Of a stretch of 64,000 nucleotides of DNA, positions 30,049-40,464 are shown in pieces. Position 1 is the stretch's first letter; every line of letters starts with the position of its first letter. The notes below the pieces were generated by a model. The model did not search any database. It worked only from the letters and a program-made list of their open reading frames with translations, and was not told where the DNA came from. The position numbers and the translations under genes were made by a program. Origin of the DNA: an uncultured Fibrobacterota bacterium (GTDB lineage Bacteria > Fibrobacterota > Chitinivibrionia > Chitinivibrionales > FEN-1185); the NCBI GenBank assembly GCA_963753345.1, contig CAVWBU010000041.1:32001-96000 (forward strand), read 5' to 3'.

Positions 30049-31237
30049 ATGAGGAATTCGGTCGAATCAAAAATCAAGGCAGGAATTTTCCTGTCACTCA
30101 TCACACTTCTCCCCTTTTCCGCGTTCGGGCAGGCCGGGCTCACTCTGGGAGGGAAATTCGTGCCCCGGGATTCAATCTACGTGTTCTTTTTCCTCGGGAA
30201 TTCCGTCATGTCGGGAAGAGACACGCCGCCGGACACGATGGCCGATGCTCATGCCTGGAAATATGTCATGACGAATAATTGTTACGGCTATGCAAAGCCC
30301 TGCCCGCCGCAATATTCCTGGCAACCCGGTGTTGATCCGATGTGTTTCGACTCGAAAAATCCTTTGGGCACTCCTGGGGTGGTCAAGTACAGCCCAGGTA
30401 CGCCTTTTCTCAAGAGAATGGCCAAGGACTATCCCGGCTACTATTTCGGCGTTGCTCAACTGTCCGGCTCTGCGTGGAAGTTTGACGGGCATTTTCAGCC
30501 GCCGACTGCCGGCGATTATAAAGCTATGAGTGACGCAAGCGCAACGCTCTCAAACCAGAACTGTCCATATTGCAGGAATGGTGATGATTTTCAACATAGT
30601 GGAAATTCAGTACAGTGACGGCGATTCCACGTACGCCGGAGTTGTCAATTATTGCGCAAATATCGACAGCGATCGCAACACTACATTCCGCGCCGATGTC
30701 GGCATCGACAGCCTTCCGCTTATTCAATCCGATTATCCGGTCTTAGCCGGCGACCCCAAGAAGCCAACCACCGACGACTACAGCATCACCGGTCCCTGGG
30801 CGGGTGCGATACGGGCGCTCATTGCCCAGAACAAACTTGCGGCGAAAACCATCCCGAACACCGTGCTCATTCCCACCGACAGCCTCACCATGTATACCGA
30901 GGACGGATTATATACTCATTACAACCACAACGGGGATTACAAATGGGCAAACCGTGTTGCCGACTCGATCTGCGCGCGAAATTGGGGACCTGCAAACCTG
31001 TGCGCCGCGACTCCGGCCTTTTCGGCAATCAGGAGTCAGTCGATTCATGGAACGTCACCTTCATCCTACGCGATATTCTTTGACGGCCGCAACTGGTCTG
31101 CATTCGACAAGGCGGGAAAATCGTTTGAAATGTTCCTGCCCAGCGGAAGAGTCGTCAGGAACGCGACAGGCGACCGGCTCAGGAACGAAAATCTCAGGCC
31201 CGGGATTTACATTATAAGGAACGTTGCGGACAAATAG
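30049..31237 (+). CDS. Second CE6/SASA-like esterase paralog, frameshifted near 30525-30565
   Basis: ORF 30049-30618 (GNSVMSGRD, PFLKRM) and ORF 30530-31237 (IAGMV, IPTDSL, YTHY) together match paralog 28876-30003. Confidence 0.62.
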
Positions 31238-31286
31238 GAAAATTATCAATTATGTATTCATGTAACATTCACAGAAAGGACCCCCC

Positions 31287-32936
31287 ATGGTCAAACTCTT
31301 CAAGCCGCTGATGCTTTCGGCAATGGCGGTCACGTTCTTTGGCGGCGTTTGTGTTCAATCCGCGGAATACCCGAAAACCGGGGCTGCCTGCGCCACGCTG
31401 GCAACGCAGGGTTGCTGGACCTGGTATCACGATCCCAGGGCTGTTTACTATAAAGGAACGCAGGAAAAAACTTACGTGGGCTATTTCCATTCTGACAACA
31501 ACCCGGGCGAGGCTGGAATCGCCTCATACGACCACGCAACAGGCGCAATCCAGACATTTAACTTAAAGACCAATTTCGGATTTGACGACCATAATACCAC
31601 CACGTTGACTATTCTGCCCGACGGCCGCATCATCACCTTTTACTGCGTGCATTACGGCGCGGCATGGTACAGCCGCATTTCGACGAATCCGGAAGACATT
31701 TCAGCCTGGGGCGCGGAAAAAACGGTCAATGTCGCATGCACCTATCCAAACGTCTGTCAATTGAGCGCCGAGAACAACAGGCTCTACTTGTTTTTCAGAG
31801 GCCCCTCCACGGAAGGCGGCGACGCAGGAATGCCCTATTACCAGACCAGCAACGACGGCGGCGCAACGTGGAGCACGGCGGTCAAATACTTTTTCGGCGG
31901 CACCGAGGCGGCGGGCATGAGGCCGTATTGCAAATACTGCTCAAACGGAAAAGACAAGATTTACATGCTCATCGAACAGGACAACCGCAACAATCCGCCG
32001 CCGAAACCGACGTTTTTCATGTATTACTTTAACGGCGGGTTTTACAGGATGAACGGTACGCTCATCAAGACCGTTGCCCAGGACGCGGCCACGCCTATCG
32101 GGGTCAACGACGTCGACATGGTCTTTGATCCGGCAAACCCGCCGGACGGCTTGTCCAACGTCATCGGCACAGGCTGGGACGTGGCGCTCGACCCGGACGG
32201 CAATCCTGTTTTCGTCTATGATATTTATGACAACACAAACGGCGGCCCCAATCACCGCTATTACTATTACCGCTGGGACGGAACAAAATGGAACTCTCAC
32301 TTCCTTGTCAATAGCGGAAACCCCATGACCGAAGGCAATGTTGAAGTCGGTTTCGGCGGCGGCCTCATTCTGGACCATGTGAATCCCAACATCGTGTATC
32401 TGAGCACGCATGTCAACGGCGTTTTCGAACTCGAACGCTGGGTGACCCCGGACAAGGGAGCCACGTGGACGTATTGGCAGATAACCTCCGGCTCCGCGGC
32501 CAAGAACTGCCGTCCCATTGTGCCGCGCAACACTCCCGGCGGAAAGATCGACGTAGTGTGGAATTACGGCACCTACACCACCTGGGGCGGCCCGTTCTCG
32601 ATGGACGTGAAAATGTACACGTTCGACTCCACCAAAATCGCGTCCGGCATGACGCCAATCAAATCCGGATTCGAACGCCGCGCGCCGAAGGAAACCGGTT
32701 TCAACCTGCTGGCGAGCGGCCTTTCGTTTACGCTCGCCACTCCCGCTTCGTCAACGCTCAGGATTTACAACATAGAAGGCCGGATGGTGTCGGACCTTAC
32801 CTCGAGCGTTCGACGCATGCAGGCCGGCGTCAACGCAATGCAATACAAGACGGTTGGCCTCGCCCGCGGCATGTATATAGCCCGGTTGTTCGACGGGGCG
32901 CAAAATTATTCGCAGAGTTTTGTAGTTCAGCGCTAA
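31287..32936 (+). CDS. BNR-repeat beta-propeller, lyase-like, with T9SS-like tail (paralog 1)
   Basis: WTWY..P.A, DDHN, TYPN, Asp-boxes SNDGGATW and TPDKGATW; tail LRIYNIEGR...GMYI. Confidence 0.85.
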   Translation: MVKLFKPLMLSAMAVTFFGGVCVQSAEYPKTGAACATLATQGCWTWYHDPRAVYYKGTQEKTYVGYFHSDNNPGEAGIASYDHATGAIQTFNLKTNFGFDDHNTTTLTILPDGRIITFYCVHYGAAWYSRISTNPEDISAWGAEKTVNVACTYPNVCQLSAENNRLYLFFRGPSTEGGDAGMPYYQTSNDGGATWSTAVKYFFGGTEAAGMRPYCKYCSNGKDKIYMLIEQDNRNNPPPKPTFFMYYFNGGFYRMNGTLIKTVAQDAATPIGVNDVDMVFDPANPPDGLSNVIGTGWDVALDPDGNPVFVYDIYDNTNGGPNHRYYYYRWDGTKWNSHFLVNSGNPMTEGNVEVGFGGGLILDHVNPNIVYLSTHVNGVFELERWVTPDKGATWTYWQITSGSAAKNCRPIVPRNTPGGKIDVVWNYGTYTTWGGPFSMDVKMYTFDSTKIASGMTPIKSGFERRAPKETGFNLLASGLSFTLATPASSTLRIYNIEGRMVSDLTSSVRRMQAGVNAMQYKTVGLARGMYIARLFDGAQNYSQSFVVQR

Positions 32937-33197
32937 GCAAGCGCCGGGGCAAAGGAACCGGCCTTTCTCGATGACGAAGGACGGCACTTGAGGATTCCCT
33001 GCGGATGAGTGCGGGGAGTCCTCAAGCCATAGTGAAATATGTTTTCTTTCCATAGGGATGGAAGATTCTTCGCAGGTTCGCTGCCGCGGCTGCTACAACA
33101 GTAGTGTAGTATTGTATGCCGTCCCAGTCGCAGTGCTGCGGGGTTCTTCAATTTATTGACAGATAGAACTATTCTCAAGATTTGAAGAAAGGCACCC

Positions 33198-34856
33198 ATG
33201 ATTAGGATTTTCAAACCGCTCATGCTTGCAGCATTGACGGCAATGATCTTTGGCGCCGGTTTCACCCAATCGGCCGAATACCCGAAAGCAGGCGCAAGCT
33301 GCGCGACGCTCGCGACGCAAGGCATATGGACATGGTATCATGATTCGAGAGCGATCTATTACAAAGGAACGCATGAGAAGACCTATGTAGGCTACTTCAG
33401 CAGTTCCAGCAATCCCGGCGCTGCGGCAATTGCCTCGTATGACCATGCCACCGGGGAAATCGACACGTTCTCCCTCAAAACCAATTGGGGCTTCGACGAC
33501 CACAACACGACCACGGTCCACGTTCTGCCCAGCGGCCACATCATAACATTCTACAGCGAGCACAACGGCGGAGCGTGGTTCACCCGCACGTCGACGAATC
33601 CGGAGGACATCACTTCGTGGGGCCCGGAATTAAAGGTCAACGTCGCCTGCACCTATCCTAACATCTGTCAATTGAGCGCCGAGGGAATAAACGGCAACAG
33701 ACTCTATATATTCTTCAGAGGAGCATCAACGGAAACCGGCGACTTCGGAATGCCGTATTATCAGACCAGCGACGACGGCGGCGCAACATGGAGCGCGGCA
33801 ATCAGATACTTCTTCGGCGGCCTCTCGTCTGTGGGGGGCGGCATACGGCCGTACTGTAAATACGTTTCCAACGGCAAAGACAAAATTTACATGCTGATCG
33901 AGGGTGACAACCGTAACAACCCGCCGCCCAAACCCACCTATTTTATGTACTACTACAACGGCGGATTTTACAAAATGAACGGCACCTTAATTGAAACAGT
34001 GGCACAGGACAAATCCTCGCCCATCACCACCGCACAACCGGACACCGTGTACGATCCGGCGAACCCTCCGGATGGTTTGAAAGGCACAATCGGAACGGGT
34101 TGGGATATCGCTCTTGATTCCGCCGGGTATCCGGTATTCGTCTATGATATTTATGACCCGTCCGGCGCCAATCACCGGTATTATTACTATCGATGGGACG
34201 GATCAAAATGGAACCACTATTTTCTCATCAACAGCGGCGGGCCAATGACCGAAGGCGGGAATGAAGTCGGCTTCGGCGGCGGGCTCGCTCTCGACCACGC
34301 CAATACCAACGTGGTGTACCTGAGTACTCATGTAAACGGCGTTTTCGAACTCGAACGATGGATAACGGCCGACAAAGGAGCAACCTGGAGAATCTGGCAG
34401 ATAACCTCGGGCTCAGCAGCCAAGAACTGCCGCCCCATTGTGCCGCGCAACACACCCGGCGGAAAAATCGACGTTGTCTGGAACTACGGAACCTATACCA
34501 CGTGGGGCGGCCCGTTCTCAATGGACGTGAAAATGTACACGTTCGACTCCACGAAAATCGCGTCGGGCATCACGCCAGTCAAATCGGGTTTCGAACGCCG
34601 CGCGCCGAAGGAAGCGGGATTCAATCTGCTGGCGGGCGGCCTGTCGTTCACGCTCGCGTCTTCCTCTTCGTCAAGTCTCAGGATTTACAACATGGAAGGC
34701 CGGCTCGTTTCCGATCGTACATCGGACGTGCGCGGCATGCCGGCGGGGGTGAATGCGATTCGGTACAAGTCGCTGGGCCTAACACACGGCGCCTATGTCG
34801 CCGGATTGTTCGACGGAGCGCATTACTATTCGCAGTGCTTCATCGTAGAGCGGTAA
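33198..34856 (+). CDS. BNR-repeat beta-propeller (paralog 2)
   Basis: Very close to paralog 1; DDHN, SDDGGATW. Confidence 0.85.
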   Translation: MIRIFKPLMLAALTAMIFGAGFTQSAEYPKAGASCATLATQGIWTWYHDSRAIYYKGTHEKTYVGYFSSSSNPGAAAIASYDHATGEIDTFSLKTNWGFDDHNTTTVHVLPSGHIITFYSEHNGGAWFTRTSTNPEDITSWGPELKVNVACTYPNICQLSAEGINGNRLYIFFRGASTETGDFGMPYYQTSDDGGATWSAAIRYFFGGLSSVGGGIRPYCKYVSNGKDKIYMLIEGDNRNNPPPKPTYFMYYYNGGFYKMNGTLIETVAQDKSSPITTAQPDTVYDPANPPDGLKGTIGTGWDIALDSAGYPVFVYDIYDPSGANHRYYYYRWDGSKWNHYFLINSGGPMTEGGNEVGFGGGLALDHANTNVVYLSTHVNGVFELERWITADKGATWRIWQITSGSAAKNCRPIVPRNTPGGKIDVVWNYGTYTTWGGPFSMDVKMYTFDSTKIASGITPVKSGFERRAPKEAGFNLLAGGLSFTLASSSSSSLRIYNMEGRLVSDRTSDVRGMPAGVNAIRYKSLGLTHGAYVAGLFDGAHYYSQCFIVER

Positions 34857-34981
34857 CAATGGCGCCGGTGTGATAGAACCGGTTTATTTCAGATCATGAT
34901 GAATTGGTGAGTGATAGAAATACGTTGTCTATTCGAGGACCTGCCGTAAACCGGCACTTCTTTAACAAGCGGGGGTTCGCC

Positions 34982-36703
34982 ATGTTCAGGAGAAGCGTTG
35001 TTGCTTTCTCGTTGGCGATGATTTGTGCGGGGTTCGTTTCCAGTGTAAGCGCTCAGGGAATTCCAAAGCCCGGCGAGCAGTTCTCGTCCATCACCAAGGA
35101 TGCAATTTACACATGGTATGCAGAGCCCAAGGCGATTTACTACGAAGGAACGCACAAGCGCACCTACATGGCGTGGAACACCTCGACGGGCACCAAGGGC
35201 ATCGCGTACTACGATCACGACACTAAGGACACCCTTGTGACCACGCTGCCGCCCATGCCCTACGGCGCCGACGACCACAACCACCCGGCGATCATAGCCC
35301 GGCCCGACGGCAGGATCGTTATTTTCTGCACCGGCCATGACGGCGGAACCATTACCGAATTGATTTCCAAGAATCCCGAAGACATCACCTCTTGGCAAAC
35401 CGCCATCAATCCGGGCGGCAACGGAGGATACTGCTATCCCAACGCGATCTTTCTCAAGGCGGAAGCGGACAGCGGGCGCCTCTATCTGTTCTTTCGTGAC
35501 AACAGCGGCGGCTATCCGGACGGCACCGTGGTGTGGGAGCCGTGTTTCTGTTACAGCGACGACTGGGGCGTCACCTGGAGCCGGAAGTATCATATGTTTA
35601 CCGGCGGAAGCTACAAACCCTATGTCAAGTACGCTTCGGATGATTCAACCGAAATCCACATGGTCGTTGAGCGCGAAAACCGGCAGGGCGATGCAACCGT
35701 CAAACCGATTTATTTCATGAAATACAAAAACGGAACATTCTATTGTGCAAATGGCAGGCAGCTTGCCACCATGGCCACGCTCCCTGTTCACGACTACAAT
35801 ATGGACACGATTTTTTATGCTCATCTGTCCGGCTGCAGCAACACCTGCTACGACGTCGCGCTCGACGCCAACAGGAACCCGGTGACGGTGATGGACATGT
35901 TCAAGGACACGTCGATAAACATTTACTGGTACCTGCGCTGGACCGGGACCTCGTGGTTCAAAACACCCTTTGTCAACAGCGGCATGTACCGCGGCTGCCA
36001 GAGCGGATTTGCGGCCGGCGTCACGCTCGACCACGAGAACCCGAGCAACGTTTACCTGTGCCGGCAGATGCTCAAGCCCTCGGCCACGCCGTTCAACATG
36101 GCCGACACAAGCTACACCAATTACAAAACCAACCTCAAGGCCACCTGCTGGACCGCGTCGGCGTATCCGCATGAGCTTGAGAAATGGACCACGCCGGACG
36201 GCGGCGCCACCTGGGATACCATGCCCATCACGCGCAATACCAATGCAACCGTCTACATGAACACGAACTGCCTGCCCTGCGTGCCGCGCCACCACAAGGC
36301 AGGCACCAAAATCGAGGTGATGTGGCTCAACGGCATCTATCAGAGCATGAGTCCCACTCCCATCAACGGGACTCCCGGTTATCAACTGGCGCTGCGGGTG
36401 TACCCGTTCCTCGAAACCACGGCGGCGCGGCCTCTGAGCGAAATCCGGACGGCGCACGTCCCCCAATTCATGGTGAGCCGCACCGGGATTTCCTTCACCC
36501 TTGCCGACCCCTCGCGATCGTCGCTTTTGCTGTATTCGCCAGACGGAAAGCTGGCCGGCAATTTCACCGCCAAAGTTCGCGCAATGCCTTCAGGAAGGGC
36601 GCTCGTCCCGTTCTCGGCGCTGTCGAACACCGGCGGGGTTTACCTGATAAAACTGAATGATGGAAAGTCAACAATTGCGGACAAGATAGTCATCTCCCAA
36701 TAG
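34982..36703 (+). CDS. BNR-repeat beta-propeller (paralog 3)
   Basis: DDHNHP, TGHDG, SDDWGVTW, TPDGGATW; sorting tail. Confidence 0.85.
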   Translation: MFRRSVVAFSLAMICAGFVSSVSAQGIPKPGEQFSSITKDAIYTWYAEPKAIYYEGTHKRTYMAWNTSTGTKGIAYYDHDTKDTLVTTLPPMPYGADDHNHPAIIARPDGRIVIFCTGHDGGTITELISKNPEDITSWQTAINPGGNGGYCYPNAIFLKAEADSGRLYLFFRDNSGGYPDGTVVWEPCFCYSDDWGVTWSRKYHMFTGGSYKPYVKYASDDSTEIHMVVERENRQGDATVKPIYFMKYKNGTFYCANGRQLATMATLPVHDYNMDTIFYAHLSGCSNTCYDVALDANRNPVTVMDMFKDTSINIYWYLRWTGTSWFKTPFVNSGMYRGCQSGFAAGVTLDHENPSNVYLCRQMLKPSATPFNMADTSYTNYKTNLKATCWTASAYPHELEKWTTPDGGATWDTMPITRNTNATVYMNTNCLPCVPRHHKAGTKIEVMWLNGIYQSMSPTPINGTPGYQLALRVYPFLETTAARPLSEIRTAHVPQFMVSRTGISFTLADPSRSSLLLYSPDGKLAGNFTAKVRAMPSGRALVPFSALSNTGGVYLIKLNDGKSTIADKIVISQ

Positions 36704-36712
36704 AAGGAGTTA

Positions 36713-38431
36713 ATGATGGCCTTACACAACAGATTGGTGCTCGTTGGATGCGCGTGCGCGGCGCTGATGGCCGCCTATGTCAATTCACCCGCTCAGCCGA
36801 TCCCGAAACCGGCCGAGCAGTTCGGCGCCGTTTCCATGAATGGCATGTGGACATGGTACGGCGAGCCAAAGGCGGTGTACTACGAAGGCGCGCACCGACG
36901 CACCTACATGACGTGGAACACGCAGAGCGGGACCAAGGGAATCGGCTACTACGACCACGATACCAAAGTTTTGGCTGCCGACTCACTGCCGAAGATGCCC
37001 TACAACGGCAGCGACCACAATCATCCGGCCATCATCATGCGGCCCGACGGCAAAATCGTTACGTTCTGCACCGGGCATGACGGCGGTGAAGTTACCGAAT
37101 ACATTTCCAAGAATCCCGAAGACATATCGTCCGGATGGGACGGACCGTATTATCCCGGCGGCAACGGCGGCTACTGCTATTGCAATGCCGTTTTCCTCAA
37201 GAACGAAGGAACAAAGGGACGTTTGTACATTTTCTACCGCGACAATACGCAATACACCGGAGAAACGACCAATTACTGTCCTGCCTTCTGCACCAGCGAC
37301 GACTGGGGCGTCACCTGGAGCGCCAAGAAACGGCTGTATGTCTATGTAGGCAGCGCCTACAAGCCGTATCTCAAGTATGCATCCGACGGGCTTTCGGAGA
37401 TATACATATCCATCGAATACCAGAACCGGGAAGGCGACGGAAAGGGCAGGCCCGATTATTTCATGAAATACCATGACGGGACGTTTTACACCGTCGATAA
37501 CAGGACGCTCGCCACCATGGCAACGTTGCCGGTTGTCAACACACAGCTCGACACCATTTTCTACCCCTATACCTACGGCGCCGGGTTCAGCAACACCTGC
37601 TGCGACATTGCCATCGACGCCAGCAACAATCCGGTGATCCTGTACTGCGCCTTCCAGAGCACGACGCTGTACGAGTACTGGTATATGCGGTGGACAGGCA
37701 CTTCGTGGTATAAGCGGCCGCTTGTCAACAGCGGCGCCTATCGCGGCGCCCAGAGCGGATTCTTTGCCGGCCTCACCTTCGACCACGAGAACACAAACAA
37801 CATTTACGTGTGCAGGCAGCTCTTGAAGCCTTCGGGCGCGGCCTTCAACCTCATGGATACATCGGTGGCAAACTACAAAACACTTTCCGCCGCCGATTGG
37901 GTGACGGTCGACACGGTGCATGAGCTTGACAGATGGACAACCGCCGACGGCGGCGTCACCTGGGACAGCCTCGCCATCACCCGGGGATCGCTCAACAAGA
38001 ACATGCTTCCGTGCGTGCCGCGCAACCACCTACCCAACATGAAGGTCGACTGCATGTGGCTCAACGGCGTGTATACGAGCATGGACGCCGCCGGTTACAA
38101 TTGCGCAGTGAGAATATTCCCGTATAAAGACGGGGAATCGCTTCCGACTACCGCCGCGCAACCCATGTACCAATCGACGTTCGTGCCGCGGGGAATGGTG
38201 TGCACCAAAACGGGCGTGACGTTCTCGTTGATACATCCGGAAAACGCTTCATGCAAAGTGTATTCGCTGAACGGCAGGATGGTGGCGGACCTGACTTCGC
38301 TTGTACGGGCGATGAACGCAGGCCATGTCACCCTCCCCTTTTCGGCCATGCACGTTTCCAATGAGGCCTGCATCGTTGACCTTGACAATGGAAGTACAAA
38401 AACCGTGGGGAGCTTTATCGTCACCAAATAA
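36713..38431 (+). CDS. BNR-repeat beta-propeller (paralog 4)
   Basis: SDHNHP, TGHDG, SDDWGVTW; sorting tail. Confidence 0.85.
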   Translation: MMALHNRLVLVGCACAALMAAYVNSPAQPIPKPAEQFGAVSMNGMWTWYGEPKAVYYEGAHRRTYMTWNTQSGTKGIGYYDHDTKVLAADSLPKMPYNGSDHNHPAIIMRPDGKIVTFCTGHDGGEVTEYISKNPEDISSGWDGPYYPGGNGGYCYCNAVFLKNEGTKGRLYIFYRDNTQYTGETTNYCPAFCTSDDWGVTWSAKKRLYVYVGSAYKPYLKYASDGLSEIYISIEYQNREGDGKGRPDYFMKYHDGTFYTVDNRTLATMATLPVVNTQLDTIFYPYTYGAGFSNTCCDIAIDASNNPVILYCAFQSTTLYEYWYMRWTGTSWYKRPLVNSGAYRGAQSGFFAGLTFDHENTNNIYVCRQLLKPSGAAFNLMDTSVANYKTLSAADWVTVDTVHELDRWTTADGGVTWDSLAITRGSLNKNMLPCVPRNHLPNMKVDCMWLNGVYTSMDAAGYNCAVRIFPYKDGESLPTTAAQPMYQSTFVPRGMVCTKTGVTFSLIHPENASCKVYSLNGRMVADLTSLVRAMNAGHVTLPFSAMHVSNEACIVDLDNGSTKTVGSFIVTK

Positions 38432-38445
38432 AAATGGGGGGCATT

Positions 38446-40158
38446 ATGAAATGCGGAAAAACGGTTTCTCTGTTCCTGTTTGCGATTGCTCTGGCATTCT
38501 GCGTGTCGAATTCCAGGGCCCAGGCAATCCCGAAGCCCGGCGAGCAATTTGCCGCAATGTCAAACGACGCCATGTGGACCTGGTACGGTGAGCCCAAGGC
38601 GGTTTATTTTGAAGGCGTGCACCGGCGGACCTACATGGCATGGAACAAGAGTACCGGCGACAAGCAGGTCGGCTATTACGATCATGACACAAAGGAAACC
38701 CTGTCGGTGATCATGCCGAAAATGCCCTATGGCGGCGACGACCACGACCACCCCTCCATCATCATGCGGCCCGACGGCAAGCTCATCCTTTTCTGCACCG
38801 GCCATGACGGCAACGAAGTCACCGAATATATTATGAAGAATCCGGAAGACCTTTCGTCCGGATGGGATGGTCCCTATTATCCGGGCGGCAACGGCGGCTA
38901 CTGCTATCCGAATGCGGTGTTCCTTAAGAACGAGGGAACACAAGGGCGATTCTATATTTTCTATCGGGACAATACGCAATACGCCGGAGAAACGGATAAT
39001 TACTGTCCGGCCTTCTGCACCAGCGACGACTGGGGAGTAACATGGAGCGCAAAAAAAAGGTTATACCTGTATGTGGGCAGCGCCTATAAGCCCTATTGCA
39101 AATACGCCACGGACGGTCTTTCCGAAATATATATCTCAATCGAATACCAGAACCGCGAGGGAGACGGAAAGGGCCGTCCCGATTATTTCGTGAAATACAG
39201 CAACGGGACGTTTTACGCGGACGACAACCACGTGCTTGCCACAATGTCCACCCTGCCCATTCTCAACACACAGCTCGACACCGTTTTCTATGCATACGCG
39301 TACGGTGCCGGATTCAGCGGAACCGCGTGCGACATAGCAATCGACCCGAACAACAACCCCGTTATCCTCTATTGTTCCTTCCTCGATACGTCCATTTACG
39401 AATACTGGTATGTGCGCTGGACCGGCACATCCTGGTTCAAGAGACCCATAGTCAACAGCGGGGCCTATCGCGGCGCACAGAGCGGTTTTTTTGCCGGTCT
39501 CACCTTCGACCACGAGAACGCCAATAACATTTACGTCTGCCGCCAGCTCCTGAAACCGGGCGCCGTAAATTTCAACCTCCAGGACACGTCCGTAGCCAAT
39601 TACAAGACCATCAAGGCATCCGATTGGGTAACGGTCGACGCGGTGCACGAACTTGAGCGATGGACCACCACCGACGGCGGCGTCAGCTGGGACACCATTG
39701 CAATCACCCGGGGTTCCGCGAACAAGAACATGCTGCCCTGCGTTCCCCGGAATCACAAGCCCAACATGCAGGTGGATGTCATGTGGCTCAACGGCGTGTA
39801 CACAAGCATGAGCCCCGACGGATACAATTGCGCAGTGAGAATATTCCCCTACAAAACGGGAGAATCGCTTCCGACCACTGCCGCACAACCGGCGGTTCAA
39901 TCAACGTTCGCGCCGCGGGGAATGGTGTGCAACAGCAACGGGGTGACCTTCTTCCTGACACATCCGGAGAAGGCGTCATGCAGAGTATATGCATTGAACG
40001 GCAGCCTGATTGCAGACCTTACATCAATGGTCCGTTCTATGAAAGCCGGCCACGCCGTGCTCCCCTTTTCGGCGTTGCACGTCGCCCGCGGGGCCTGCAT
40101 CGTTTCTCTTGACAATGGCACTTCACGAATGACGGGGAACGTGTTCGTCACCAAATAA
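38446..40158 (+). CDS. BNR-repeat beta-propeller (paralog 5)
   Basis: DDHDHP; very close to paralog 4. Confidence 0.85.
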   Translation: MKCGKTVSLFLFAIALAFCVSNSRAQAIPKPGEQFAAMSNDAMWTWYGEPKAVYFEGVHRRTYMAWNKSTGDKQVGYYDHDTKETLSVIMPKMPYGGDDHDHPSIIMRPDGKLILFCTGHDGNEVTEYIMKNPEDLSSGWDGPYYPGGNGGYCYPNAVFLKNEGTQGRFYIFYRDNTQYAGETDNYCPAFCTSDDWGVTWSAKKRLYLYVGSAYKPYCKYATDGLSEIYISIEYQNREGDGKGRPDYFVKYSNGTFYADDNHVLATMSTLPILNTQLDTVFYAYAYGAGFSGTACDIAIDPNNNPVILYCSFLDTSIYEYWYVRWTGTSWFKRPIVNSGAYRGAQSGFFAGLTFDHENANNIYVCRQLLKPGAVNFNLQDTSVANYKTIKASDWVTVDAVHELERWTTTDGGVSWDTIAITRGSANKNMLPCVPRNHKPNMQVDVMWLNGVYTSMSPDGYNCAVRIFPYKTGESLPTTAAQPAVQSTFAPRGMVCNSNGVTFFLTHPEKASCRVYALNGSLIADLTSMVRSMKAGHAVLPFSALHVARGACIVSLDNGTSRMTGNVFVTK

Positions 40159-40245
40159 AACAGGGGGAGGAAGTCGTCGGAACGAGGAATATCTTGGTGA
40201 TGCGATAGCCGGAGATTGATTCTTCGAGGCCCTAGACGCACGCTC

Positions 40246-40360
40246 GTCATTGCGAGCACAAAGCGATGCGATCTGATACAGACCGCATCGCTTCTCAGCA
40301 GATTGCCATCATCAAGGTCTGCAGCTAGAGATTGTTTCGTCGAGGACTCCTCGCAATGAC
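40246..40360. repeat. REP/MITE-like palindromic element
   Basis: Terminal inverted repeats GTCATTGCGAG...CTCGCAATGAC. Confidence 0.65.
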
Positions 40361-40464
40361 ACCAGGCCAATCGCCGAAATTGTTTTTAAACGATTTCGGC
40401 AGTCCTTGATAGACAGCAGGCGCAAAAAAATTCTGCTGCCGGTTTATCCAAAAGGGGGGATCAA

